From positions 128,776,001-128,840,000 of the forward strand of contig NW_024704742.1 of assembly GCF_018977255.1 (NCBI RefSeq): a stretch of 64,000 bases of DNA. Direction: 5' to 3'. Source of the DNA: Callorhinchus milii. Lineage: Eukaryota. Positions 51,246-64,000 of the stretch are shown here, piece after piece. Each line of letters starts with the position of its first letter. Position 1 is the stretch's first letter. The notes beneath the pieces are model-generated. The model saw only the letters and a list, made by a program, of their open reading frames with translations. It made no database searches and was not told the DNA's origin. The position numbers were made by a program, and so were the translations under genes.

Positions 51246-51619
51246 TAAAATGGAAAGCATCAAGGTGGGAAATTTCTGTGTGCCAAGTCCAAAGATAACA
51301 AAGAAAAAAGAGTCATGAAAACAGACAGAAACACTGCCAGTTACTCATTAGTAATTGCAAAACCACACCGAAAGAGAAGATAACATTGTAGACACTTGTT
51401 ATAATAAAAGGAACAAAACTGATATTTTTAGTGGCTGAGAAACAAATATCCCTAGTCATTTGATTCATTTAATTCATGTTAAGCATATGCACTGAAAGAC
51501 AATGTGTCTGAACAGAAGTTAGGAATATAGGAATAAGGGTATGCCGTTCAGCCCCTTGAGCCTGTTGCACCATTCAATTAAATCATGGTTGATCTGTACC
51601 TCAACTCCAATTAGCCCAG

Positions 51620-52228
51620 AATTTAACTCCTCAATCCCTTCCCAATCGCTACCAAACCCACCTCCATCTCCTATTGCCCCCGGAAAAAAATCTCCCCCCA
51701 TCCCTCTCCGTTACCCTGGAGTCATCTGAATTCCTCCCCCTCTGGCCTACCTCCTGCACTGATTTATCCTCCTCGCTCACTCTTCTCCACAATGCCCTCT
51801 CCACCACTCTTGATCCCCTTGCCCCCCTCCTGAGTCACCTCCTACTCACGATCTTCACCCTGGTACACCAGCCACCTTCCACTCCCTCAAGAGTCGGGTG
51901 TGGGCCCCCGAACGCACCTGGCTCAAATCTGATCTAATGGTCCACCGACAGATCTGGCTGGACCACATCAAAATGTACTGGTCCGCCCTCACCTCCGCCA
52001 AATTGTCCTTCCACTCCAAGATTATCTTGCCGTGCTCCCTCCCTTGCCTCCTTCAAGGCACGACTCAGGACCCTCCTTTTCGACTGTACCTTCAGCCACC
52101 CTCCTACCTCTCTGCCCTCCCTCATCCCAACCCTGCCCCACTACGCTCGGGTCCTGATCCCAGACTGTTCAGCATCTTGGGACGTCCTCCCGATGTGAAA
52201 GGCGCTTTACAAATGTAATTTTGTTGTT
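51620..52228 (+). mobile_element. L2 LINE deletion derivative: post-endonuclease region fused to 3' end, no RT
   Basis: 51620-52028 aligns to 14433-14834; 52030-52228 aligns to the 3' end of the copy at 22310-23476. A short CR1 tail (minus) precedes it at about 51520-51610. Confidence 0.9.
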
Positions 52229-53134
52229 TTTTTACAATTATACTTAAGCAGCCGTCAATCTGCTGATAGCTGTATTAGCGCTTAAATAAGGCTCAGCATG
52301 TACTGGATTCTCTTCTGTTGTATGTGGAACATACTGTAAATGTTTGATCCAATTTACCCATTTTTCCGATTCTTTAGACTGAGACTTGAGGTTTGGAAGA
52401 AAATGTACGTTAACAATCATTTAACACAAACTGTTTATGTAGCAATGTCTCTGAAGACAATCTGTGGTCAGGGTTTTTGGCAATCAAAATGCTTTTCAGC
52501 TATGTTACCCCACTGATATCCTCAGGCCCCAGAAAAGTTAACCTTCAAACCAGACACATACTCTCGTGGCCTTTAATTCTCAAAGAATATCCAATTACAG
52601 AATACAGTGCGTGAATACCCAGGGAAATGGCAAAGGAAACACAACTGAGAACCTCAGTGGTTTGAAATCTCTCCAGATGTTTTAAAGTATTTTGGCAGCA
52701 AAGAGACTTGAAGTACAAATATTTCCTATTGAATATCTCAAAATCTTCAAGTTTACATTTTGATGTTGATTAGCCAAAAAAAAAGGTGGAAGTATTTCAA
52801 AATTATATATTAAACATGGAACATTTAAAATGGTAAACAGATGCACAATAAAACTCAAAGTTCACATTTTTATATATCGGCTTCTATCATTAAACTTAAG
52901 CAGCTATTAAGCATCTTGATAGGCACTTGGGGGATATTTTATATTTCTCTTGATAATAACATTTAAGGACCATAAAAATAGAGATTTTTTCCTTTTCTGA
53001 TAGAATACGTTCTACCTTTTAAAGATAGCAGTTTCTTTTAACTTTGTTGGATTATTGAATGATATTCAAATTTACAGCAGAACCCTAAACACAAAATGTA
53101 GCATGAATTCATCATTTTTAACCCATTCTTTTAC

Positions 53135-53470
53135 AAGCGACTTAGGTTTGATTCACGGTCAGGGCGAAACCTTAGGCAAGTTTCCTTACTCCACACACAC
53201 ACCTCTGTTTACCTAGGAGTAAGTAGGAGCCCATTTGTTAGTCAATTAGTGGATTGTTTTCCAGTAGTAATAATCCCTTCAAAATAATAATCATAATTTG
53301 ATTACTCAATCCACGACTATCTGTGGGACAGTGCTGTGCACAATTGGCTGCTGCATTTCGCCCCAAAAACACAGTCACTATGCTTTACAGTATATTCTGT
53401 GAAGCGCTTCAAGACATCTCAAAGCTGTGACAAAGCATTATATGCAGGGATTATTATCATTATTATTATA
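53135..53470 (+). mobile_element. Family A SINE, long form
   Basis: CAGGGCGAAACCTTAGGCAAGTTTCCTTACTCCACAC body and tail. Confidence 0.88.
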
Positions 53471-54619
53471 AATTATTGTGCCACATAATCTGTGTTTGAA
53501 GTAGTGTAGCGGCATTTGCATTCTTAGGAATGCAGGTAAAATATGTTCTCAGTTCTGTTAAAAGGGTAAAAGAACAAAGGAATCATTTGGGGATTGTCCT
53601 TGAGTCTGTTTGTTTCATTTGTATTTCTCTCGTAGAATAACGTGCATTTCTTGAAATTGTCTTAAAATTGTGCAGACAAAACCTCACAAAATAATTCCCA
53701 GTACTGGAAAGGAATAGTTTATTATTGGCCGTCACTTGTTTGCGCTTTTGAAAGTGAGGCATTGTTGTAATTTTATCCCTGTTATTATTGCCTGCTCAGG
53801 AGACACCCTGGTGAAGATGATGAAGATGATTGTTTTAAACATATCTTTGAACTCAGTTTTTAATAATCATTGTACAAGTCAGAAAGCATCACTTTTTGCC
53901 TGTCCTAACAGATTAAATCCTGGCTCTTTATTCCCCTCTTCAGTCTGCATAAAAATGTAAATGTAACAACCGAGTGCAGAAGAATCTGCCTGTTTTTACA
54001 CAGTCACATTCTTAGTCTCCATGGCAGCAGTCTGGGTTTTAGTAACTAGCAAAGACATAAATTTCCAGCAATTAAAATGTCCCACATTCCTGTTAAAAAT
54101 TGCTGCTGTTTTCAAAACACAATAAGCTCTTATTTAATTTTATTGGCGTGGGCATATCGGGTTTTCACATTTTGATTACTGTTAATTTACCATTTACGAG
54201 CTTACCCTGCCAGTGTTGACCCTACCTCGTTTGTGAGACACAATAATACCATTTACAATGCTATACATTGAGGGATACCTGCCTGGTGGGCCAAACGAAG
54301 AGGCTCTGGGTGTCTGTCTCTACAGTTAATTGTTTTCATTTGGTTTCAATAGTTGCAATTCTATCCACTATGGAGATTTTTGACTGTTAAACGTAAACAA
54401 ACTCTTGTTAAATGCAATGTGTTGACATTGTTCTTTCATTAAGGATTATTGCACGCTCATTCTTGTTAGTAACAAGGTTGCCCGCAGAGCTGCCTTGCTG
54501 GCTCAGTTAGTAAATGTTGATAAATGTACATTCTTCAGTGACTTTATACTCCTGATCTAATGCTGAATTAGCCAATTTAATCTAATGTTGAATGCTCCAT
54601 CAGTATCCTTGAATGAAGA

Positions 54620-54983
54620 AATAATAGTAATAATGATAAAAATCCTTGCTATGATATAGTGCCTTATCACGCCTTTGAGATGTCTCATAAAGCATTTTGT
54701 AGAATATAATGTAAAGTAAATAGACTGTATATTTTGTTGGCGAAATGCAGCAGCTAATCGCGCATGGCATTGTCCCACAAACAGTCATGGATTGAGTGAC
54801 CAAATTAGTATTTATCAATGGATTATTATCCCCGGAAAAGCAGAAAGGTTCCTACTTGCTGCTAGGTAAACAGAAGCATGTGGAGTAAGGAATCTTGCCA
54901 ATGGTTTTGCCCCGCCTGGGAATCGATCCCAGATCCTCTCATTTGCGAGGTGAGTGCTCTAACTACTATGTTAAGGGACTCCA
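54620..54983 (-). mobile_element. Family A SINE, long form
   Basis: Tail, body and head ending GGACTCCA. Confidence 0.85.
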
Positions 54984-57377
54984 TAATAATAGCAATGGAA
55001 CTTGCTTTTGATATAGCACTTTATCATGCCATTGAAACATCTCAAATCACTTTGCAGGATTTTTACTGTAAGGTGTAGCGCCTGTGTAATTGTAGTCAAA
55101 TCGGGCAACCAGTTTTGCTCACAGTAATATCCCACAAACAGCCATGAAGTGAATGAATGATTTTTTTTGGGGTATTGATGGCCAGGCAAACAGAAAAAAA
55201 CTAATTTTCTTTTTGAGCGCCATTGCAAAATGCTTCCTTGGTATCTAAAATGTGGATTTTCCAACATGATTCCTTGATAAAGAACCTAAATCATATAAAC
55301 CCTCTGAATAACCGGAATATCTATTCGAGCAGAATTCCTGCCAGTCAGTGAAATCCTACATCCCACTAAAGCAAATCCTATTGTTCTAGTAAAGATGAAG
55401 AAAAAAAGTAGAAGTTTTAAAAATATATAAATGTATATTGTTCTTTTGCTACTTTTCTTCTTATTTTATACTCTTGGGTATTAGAACTCTATAACCAAAA
55501 ACAGGAGGCTACTACATAGAATTTAAAAGAACGATGTACAGTAGTTGGATCTTAGCCACAATCGCTAACAGCCTTCATGCTCTGATTATTGTTGGCTCCT
55601 CGGCAGAGGTAGATCACACTCATTCATCTCCCTTACACTGTTTTTCTAAGCACCCTAGCCTTCCGAGCATTGCCATCGAGAGTGCTTCCTGAAACCACTC
55701 CAATTTGTGCTGCCTGTGAGGACATAATGAATAACTAGCAATTCTGTGCCTTTAGTACCTATCCTGAGTGCCTTGGCTGCTAACAATATAAATCTATGAA
55801 GGCTGCTATTTTCCTTTACTAAATCGAAAAGGACACCCATTCTAATACTTACAGTTCAAAGGAAACAAATGATGAGCTCCACTCCCCGAGTTCATTCCAA
55901 GCAGGTCATTTCAGGCTTTTACCATATTAGAGAAATATATTGCAACCTCCAATTTCAGACTGTGTAGGACGCTGAAGGATAACCGTGCCACAAGATTGTA
56001 CAGTCACCATTAAAATAATCACTGCATTTGATAGAGTGTCGATAACCAAAGAGTAATTAATGACTACAACAGGGCCATTAAAGCCAAGACTCTGCACTCA
56101 TTTAAGAAACATTTTCACCCTGTTAAAGGAGGATGGTTGGATGGGTATTCTGGAAGGAAGAATAAGATTAAAACATGACAGGCTGATTCAGTTGGTATCT
56201 CTCAGCTCCAAGTCAGAAGGTTGTTAATTCAAGACCCACATCGAGACTTTAAACTCACATTGTCTAGGCTGACACTCAGTGCTGTGTGCATATTAGCTTC
56301 CACGTTCAACTATAAAATGCACATTCATATACAGTACTTTATAGTAAATCCTGTAAAGTGCTTTGAGATGTCCTCCTGACATGAAAGGTACTGTATCAAA
56401 TGCAAACATCATTCAACTTTAATCAGTTGAAGAACCTTCTTCACCGAAACCTCCCTCCTATGATCTTTTGAACATCAAAACATCTCAAAGTGCTAACAGG
56501 TAATTGCTATCAAGTGTTGACTGTGTATATGTGATCAAATTTCTCAATTTGTGTGCAAGTTTCTGGAAACAGACAATAAGTGAATGACCAATTTAACAGG
56601 AAGATTATTGGCCAGAGCAACAATGTCTTGTGATCTTTAACATCCACCTGAGCAGGCAGACAGGACTTCAGTTCAATGTCTCACCCCAAGGATGAGAGAT
56701 TGTTTCCAGGATTTGGGAAACAGAAGTTTAGCATCATTAGGTTACCGTTCATCCTAAAACTGGCAGGAAATGACTTTGATGCTGACACTTGGCTGAAAAT
56801 GTAGAAACATGTACAGTTATTAGGTTTTGTGAAGCCTGTGATCAAGGAAGCTAAGGAAGAGAAGTGGTGTAGTGTCATGATAAACAATTAAAGATGAACG
56901 AAGTGGTCGCCTCCAGCAATGTTATGATTTATGCTGTTGGAAAAGTGCATTCACTGTTATGAAAGCTTTTTGAGAACTCCCATACCTCACACTGGGGTTT
57001 GCCAGCAGCTCCAGGAACAGTATTCAACTGAATATTCAAGATGAACAAAATCGTCCTAAGACAAATTCTTAAGAAGCTTTGATTTCCGCCAAGCCAATGA
57101 GAACTGAAATTCCAGATAGTAGTAGTCTTTGCAACCAATTTGTCTAAAAATGTAAATTTGCGCAGAATTGTGGAAAATTCTTAAATTTGTTCTTAATTTG
57201 GAAGCTGGCTCTTTTTATGTGGAAGCCCAGATTCTAAAATAAAACTAAATACAGCGTAAGAATTTCCTACCATTTTTGGAATTTAGAATTTTTAGGATAG
57301 TATCATAATCTTAAAGGCTAGGACTAGATGGCATTTAAAGTTACATCTCCTAATTCTAGCTCCCATCTCCCAGTCTC

Positions 57378-57990
57378 ATACGAACACAACAAGTTGCTAG
57401 GCGAAAGAAGATGAAAGTCCATCTAGTTTGCCTTCCACCATCCTGGCAGTTGTTTGACATGTCCTGTCCCAACTATATACTGTATCCCGAGATATTGTTT
57501 TCTAGCAGAAATCTACCTAATTCATTCTTGAAACAAACAACATTTTCTGCTTTCACCGTCTCCCTAGGGAGCTTGTTTCATAAGTTTACTACTTGCTCAC
57601 TGAAGTAGGGTTTCCGCAGATTTGTTCTGAATTTACCCTCCTTCAATCGTAGGCCTGTCATTTGGTTCTACTGTTCAAAACAAGATAAAACAGTTTATCA
57701 TGGTCTACATTATTTATTCCCTTCAAAATCTTAAAGACTGTAATCATATCACCGCTCAACCTTCTCTTCACCAGTGTGAACATGCCCAGTTTATCTAATC
57801 ACTCCTCATAGTCAAGTCCCTCCATCCCCTCAATCATTTTGGTTGCCCTCCTCTGTATCAACTCAATTGCTGCAATATCCTTTTTATATTGTGGTGACCA
57901 GAACTGTATTCCAAGTGCAGTCTCACCAGTGATTTATAAAGTGGCAGGATTACTCCACTATTTCGGCTCAATATTACCCTTTTAATAATT
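57378..57990 (-). mobile_element. CR1 LINE 3' fragment
   Basis: Antisense of LYKSLVRLHLEY..FWSPQYKKDI..QRRATKMIEGMEGLDYEE..EKRLSGDMITVFKIL; same family as 1215-1570. Confidence 0.9.
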
Positions 57991-58811
57991 AACCAGTCTC
58001 ACATTTTCCGATTGAAACTTTAAGCATATTCTTTTAACACAGAACATATTTTATACATTATATACATGAATTGAAAATGAGATCAGACCCAAAGCATAAA
58101 TATCAAACCATGAAGTTGTTAGCACTCTCGCCTCTGAGTCAGAAGGTTGTGGGTACAAGTCCCACATTGAAACTTTAAGCTCACAGTCCAGGCTCACTCT
58201 CCAGTGCAGTTCTGTGGGAGTGTTGGATTGTCAGAGTGGCTATATGAGACATCAAACCAAGGCTCTGTATGCCTCTTCAGGCTCACCTCAAAGATCCACC
58301 GCTATTGGACACTGAATGAATAATGCATTCACATCAAATTGTATTTGATACCAGATAAAAGGATTATATTTCCTGACTCTAACCATCGTAAGACTATGAT
58401 GGATCAGCATGTTTGTAGGAACAAACAAGCAATGCTTATGCACAACTAACAGTCAAGGGGCATATTAAGGTAATTGGCATTGTGACTTGAATAGATTACA
58501 ACACAAACAAGGGGAAAAAAACATATCTAATCTCAACGTTATACCAAATTGATAAACTTCCTCTGATAAACTGTTGAAAGCAACAATCCGGTAGCAGGAA
58601 ATTATCAGCATGTTTGACTTATTTCATCTTAAGATCCTTGAGGGTTCCATAAATGCATTTGCTTTGGTCCTGGAATCTGGATCTTGGCCCATTAAAGAAA
58701 CGTGTCCTCTTCCAGTTAATGGAAGGGCGCTGAAATTAATTTCAAATGGATTTTGTGTTCCCGTGGTAACATTTAATTGTTTATTCCTGCAGCTGTAATG
58801 AATCATTACAG

Positions 58812-59134
58812 TGGAGTCCTGTAGCTCAGTGGTTAGAGCACTCGCTTTGCAAGTGAGAGACCTGAGTTCAATTCCAGGCAGGTCAGGGCGAAACCTTGGG
58901 CAAGTTTCCTTACTCCACACAGAGCCTAATAATAATCCCTCCAAAACCAAAAACAATAATAAATTGGTCATTTTCATTCTACGACTGTTTTTGGGACATT
59001 GCTGTGCACAATTGGCTGCCGCGTTTGCCCACAAATATACAGTCAATTCACTTTACAGTGTGTTCTGTGAAGCGCTTTGGGATGTCCTCCTGACATGAAA
59101 AGCGCTATATCAAATGCAAGGATTATTATTATTA
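58812..59134 (+). mobile_element. Young short-form family A SINE, full length
   Basis: Near-identical to 32011-32330 and 45491-45816. Confidence 0.95.
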
Positions 59135-60884
59135 TCATTCCTGAAACAGAGCATTCAGATTTCAGTCAATCTTTTAACTTTGTTGCATTGGTTCTTTTTG
59201 ATATGAGCACACATTATTTTTGAGACTTCTGATGTTAAACATAATTATTTTGGCTTCATTTTCTTCTTCATTAAAAGCAATAATTTTCAATTATTTAATC
59301 TTTAACCAAGCACTTTGAGACGTCCTTCAACATAGATATAAATTGTATTGCACTGTATTATCAGTTTGGTTCAGTTAGTAGAACTCTTGCCTCTGGTTCA
59401 GAAGGCTGATGATTCAAGTCATACATGATCCAATGCAGTATGAGGGGAAATGCTGCAGTGTTGGAGTTTCTGCTTTTTAGATGATATGTTAAATTGAGGG
59501 TCTGTCATTTTAAGTGGGTTTTGAAAATGACATAACAAAAGAGAAGGGAGTGTTTTGGCCAACAATACTCTAAATCAACCTTCTTTATATAAAGCTTCCC
59601 TTGTGATCTTCCTGTAACAGCTGCTTGGGCAATAGCAGCTTCGTGTTTAGCACTAGGCCATACAGGGTGGTAGTTGAACACATAGACCTCGATCTGTGCT
59701 GAATTAGTTGAAGGAACTGTTACACTTGGTCTTAGAGTTCCATAGTTAGGGAAGCTCAATTACTCTGGATCCCCACTTGCTAACTGGAGATCTCTGTTGA
59801 AAGGTGCACATTTAAGGATATTGCAGGGAGGTGCCCTGGCCAAGAATTCCCAAATAAAATTGGTCATTCACTCCATGGCTGTTTGTGACACATCGTAGTG
59901 TGCAAATTGGCTGTCATGTTCACCCCAAATAATCGTCAAATGGTGTGCAAAGACTTGCTGTGAAAACTCACAACTGAACAATGACCACTTGGTGAGGTTC
60001 CAGTGCCTGTGGAAAGAGCAGAAAGAAAACAGAATCAAATGCCTTGAAAAAGTATGAGAGGAGAAAAGTAACACCTTTGAAGTAAATTATTGGCCAAGGC
60101 TTCTTACTGTTGTTAGAGGTTCGGCTGTACTCCCAGCTCTTCAATATCTTAAAAGATTAACTGGCGAGAGGGATTTGGAGCACAGATTCTCAATCCAGTT
60201 TCTTACCACAGACCAGCTTCTCACAGAAAGTAAAGTAGTCTGAAAGGCAGCGATTTAAAACAGGGGTTTTAATAGCAGTCCAAGTCACAAACGGGATTCT
60301 TTTCACTAACCGTTAATACGTCACCCAGACCCACAGGAATTCTGATATGAAAGTAAATTGTGTCAGAGTTGAGTTCCAACGGTTTCTGTGTGATGCACTT
60401 CAAGTTACCAGAAGGAATCAGCTTTCTTTTTTGGTGAGCCAGATGTCATTCCAGACCCAGGGAAATTTTCATGTAGAGCTGGCATGCCCATGTGGAACTC
60501 TCAGTTTGGTTTGGATACTCTTAAGCAGAGTGATGGGTTTCCGCATGAGTTATTCACATGGAAATCTCCCTGCAGGAGTAGATTATACACAGAACAAAAT
60601 TATTGTTAAGTACTTTACCTCTTCAAAACCATTGCTTATTTTTATCATTGAGTCAACCCGGCTCCTACATTCGCCTCTAAGTCAAAAGGTTAGAATCACT
60701 GTCTATGCTGACACTCAATGCAGTGTTGAGGGGAACGCTAAATTGTCAGAGAAACGTTAAACTGGGTCTAATGGAATGTGCTCTCTCTCCCTTGAGGGAC
60801 GCATCCTGCTTACCTGATTCTAGACAGTATTTGGCAGTAGGTTAGCAAGAGCAAAGGCTTGGGGATCCCAATTTAAATATATTT

Positions 60885-61068
60885 TTGGAAGGGATAATTA
60901 GCCCAGAAAAGCAATCCGCCAATTGACTAACAACCAGTTTCTTACTTACTGCTTGGTAAACAGAGGCATGTGAAGTAAGGAAACTTGCCTAATGTTTCAC
61001 CCTAACCAGGAATTGAACCCAGGTTCTCTTGCTTGCGAGGCGAATGCTCTAACCATTAAACTACAAGA
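60885..61068 (-). mobile_element. Family A SINE 5' half
   Basis: Head and long central body; 3' module absent. Confidence 0.82.
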
Positions 61069-62830
61069 TGCCATAGCTATAACCACATGACTCATCACTG
61101 AAAGTACTGTCTGGCAACTTCCCACTATTTGCCCAGCTAGGACTATCCTTGAGTTTTAGACAAAGCATTGGGGCTTTGGCTTTCAGAGTTAACAGGAAAG
61201 GAGTGGAAAGGATTCCTGAAACCAGTATGGAATCACCATTTACCAATGCATGTTCAGAAATCATGTTTGAAATTGCCACGTTTCAGGTCCCAATGTCAAA
61301 TTCCTGCAACAATGATGAAAAAGCCATTAAATCTGCTTCGGGCACTTTTTAACAGTTTAAAGTTAAGACTGTAGGAAAGAGCCTAAGCGCACAAAATGAT
61401 CAGGAGAAGGTTTGCCTTAACTTGTAATTCCACAGGATTTGTCACTTTCAACAAATGAGGGGTTTTATGAGGATAAAATGAAATAAATTGTTTCTACTGA
61501 TAGGTGAATCAGTAACTAGGGACATAGTTGTAAGGCGTGATGTGAAAGGAGCTATAGAAATGCGATTTGTTAAAAGACAGCCATAAGAATAGCAAAAGGA
61601 GTACTTAGGAGGAATAATTTCACCCAGAAAGTTGTTGGCACGTGGAAGGCCCTGCTGAGTAGGGTGCTTGAGACAGAACCTTTTGTAATTTTCACAAGGG
61701 CAGTAGACAGGCACATGAAAGAGAGGGGCTTGAAGAATATGGGGAATAAGTTGGGTCAGTGGGACTGAATTGATTTTTTTCTGTAAGCCAGCGAGACTCG
61801 GTGGGTTGAATGGCTTCCTGCGTAATAGATTTCTATGTTGCTTCTATGTTTCTAAATTATTTCTGCTGATTCCAAACCACACAGAAAATGGGATATTCAC
61901 TGTAATGGAAAGATAGTTGGTATTTGAGAAGGATAAGATCAAAGGATGTTGTCAGGGTGTGCTTGGCACCAGTGAAGCCCTGTCCTTAATGGTAGGGAAA
62001 AAACAACTTTAAATGCTTTCTTGAGAGGTGGAGAGGAAACTAGACTAGTACATTTCAGTACTAAAATGATTGAATCTCAAGACTACACAAGTGTTATAAA
62101 TAAAACACATGAAAGTCACCAGTGATCTATGATGTGTGTTTCAATCTGTCAGGCAAACTAATAATTCAGTTGCGCAAATTCAAAAAAATACTTCAGTGCC
62201 CTATATTACCATCCTCACAGGTTTGTCATAAATTTCCAATAGCTGAAACTCTTATATAAATAAGAACATAACTGGAATGGTAAACAGTAACATGAGAATG
62301 TTCAGTGTGCTTCAGCCACCCCCTTTCCAAGTATCTGCGAGCGAGAGGAGTTACGACGTGCTCATAAAGTCATATATCACTGCTTTCCACCACATGGTTT
62401 ATTCTTAACACTTGTGTGGTTTCATAATTAAAGACAAATGGTTGAGATCCGAATCAAAGTGAAAATCAGGACTGAGTTGGATTGGTCAGTTTCAGATTTC
62501 TTCCTAAATTTTCAAATTTTCCCAATTCCAGACATCATTCAAAGTTTGGGGGATGGGGGCAGGGGGAAGGAGGAGGTGCTCCTTGCTGATAAATAAATGA
62601 GCATATTTCTATTGTGGCTGAATCCAAACGACAAACACTTTATTGTCTCAAGCAGCTTCTTCTGTAGCTCTCCCATGTTTCGCTTCAATTGTCAATGGCA
62701 ATGAATATGTAGGCTTGCAGGACATGCTGTTTGTTATATGCAGTGTATTAAGTGTCATGCCTTGTTATTTGTTTGCACATTTCTATGTCCTTAGACACAG
62801 TTCCCTGAGTCACAAATTTCATAGCCAGTA

Positions 62831-63115
62831 TCATTTTTCTAAAGAATTCATGGTTAAAAGTATTCCTACTCTCTCCCCTGTAGGCTTTGGGAATGTCAGA
62901 GTTTCAGATCCTCTTTCATTGCCTCCACAGGCTTGTCAGTTGAATGTGATATTTCCCTTGGCAGTTTTCTTGACGTCATTCAATCTTTCTCTGACATGTT
63001 GCCAGGTTCTCTTTTTATGAGCAATCATGTTCAACTGCTCAGTAACCTCTTCTCCTGCTGCTTCATGGACTCTGAGATTTATTGCTGTCCCGAAAATGGA
63101 ACCCCACCTCCTCAT
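62831..63115 (-). pseudogene. Decayed Myb/SANT-like DNA-binding ORF, PIF/Harbinger transposon type
   Basis: EAAGEEVTEQLNMIAHKKRTWQHVRERLNDVKKTAKGNITFN*QACGGNERGSETLTFPKPTGERVGILL follows the Harbinger pattern AWEEVA.QVN....KRTW.Q.RKR.NDLK...K.K...N...TGGG...LTP.EERV..LL; one internal stop. Confidence 0.7.
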
Positions 63116-63171
63116 CATCTCTTTTTGGTTTCCTGAGCCTGTTTTGTGAAGATGCCATTCTTCTATAATGT

Positions 63172-63418
63172 TACAATAATAATCTTTATTATGTAGTTGA
63201 ACTGTTTCAAACCATTTCACATGATTTACTGTAGTGTTGTGATTGTGAAGACAGATGGGATCTCAGTTTAACATCTCATCGGAAGTTCTCCACCTCTGAC
63301 AATTCAGTGCTTCCTTCAACATTGCATTGGAATGTCAGCCTAGACTTTGATTCAAAGTTCTGTGGGGCTTCAACCTTCTCACTTACAAGAAAATGTACTA
63401 CTATATGAGCCAGACTTA
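63172..63418 (-). mobile_element. Deu-domain SINE (family B), internally deleted
   Basis: CAGATGGGATCTCAGTTTAACATCTCATC, TTGCATTGGAATGTCAGCCTAGAC. Confidence 0.8.
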
Positions 63419-64000
63419 CTCAATGGTTACAATAAGCAGTGGTTTCAAGAGATAGAGAACTTAACAATAATGTTGAGGCAGTTTATGTTCTTTATATAAT
63501 TATTGAAAACATAGGTTTATATTTCAACTGAGTCATAACTTATAAGACCATTTTGTTTTAATCTTAAGCTCGTTCAGAATTGCAGAACATTCTTAAATTT
63601 GATCTTAATTTGAAAGCTTTTCCATAGTTCTTAGTCCTATGGATAAAATTGGTCATTCATTTCATGGCTGTTTGTGGGACAATGCTGTGCTAAATTGGCG
63701 GGTGCATAAAATACACAGTCACTGCATTACACAATAAAATGCTATGAAGCTATGTTTCGATAACTTGATAATGTAATACAACAAATGCAAGTATTATTAT
63801 TATTACTACTAAGAACCAGCTTCTAGACTGAGCAATCTTAAATTTTCAAGAGAAAAAAGTCACAAGGTGGAATTTGGGGCTCCATGTTTTAATTTGATGG
63901 CTTAATTAAACCTGGTGATAAACTGCCATGCAAACATTTTTGAAGATGGCATTCCAGGCTTTGAGCTGTAAATGATGAATAATTGCCACACTTTTATCAC

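Noticed and set aside
55630..57027. Minus-strand AG/GT-bounded segments (56986-57027, about 55637-55713, donor near 55850) and others near 47352 and 18832
   Set aside because: No recognisable protein, ambiguous frames; indistinguishable from pseudo-exons.
1..64000. CRISPR arrays, rRNA, prokaryotic operons, endogenous viral ORFs
   Set aside because: No regularly spaced repeat-spacer array, no rRNA signature and no long intact ORF; the sequence is eukaryotic repeat-rich DNA.

Overview
AT-rich, repeat-dense vertebrate genomic DNA, either intergenic or inside a large intron. The repeat set (CR1 LINEs with an ATTCTATG-type tail, L2 LINEs ending in (TTG)n, Deu-domain tRNA SINEs, Penelope-like GIY-YIG relics) points to a cartilaginous fish, possibly a holocephalan; this is inference. 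I cannot identify any host protein-coding gene. Almost every ORF in the track is a LINE/SINE relic or an antisense shadow of one. The main signals are: (1) a Penelope-like retroelement relic with a minimal type I hammerhead ribozyme at 15769-15805; (2) an L2 LINE and two SINE families with different heads that share one 3' hairpin showing compensatory base-pair change; (3) a young, internally deleted SINE subfamily; (4) a decayed Harbinger-type Myb/SANT ORF with a dispersed companion motif; (5) an old unclassified repeat in four pieces; (6) a near-consensus CTCF site and a few TE-free blocks with regulatory-looking motifs or weak exon candidates. Repeat boundaries were read by eye and are approximate to tens of bp. 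I found no convincing wholly new biological system.
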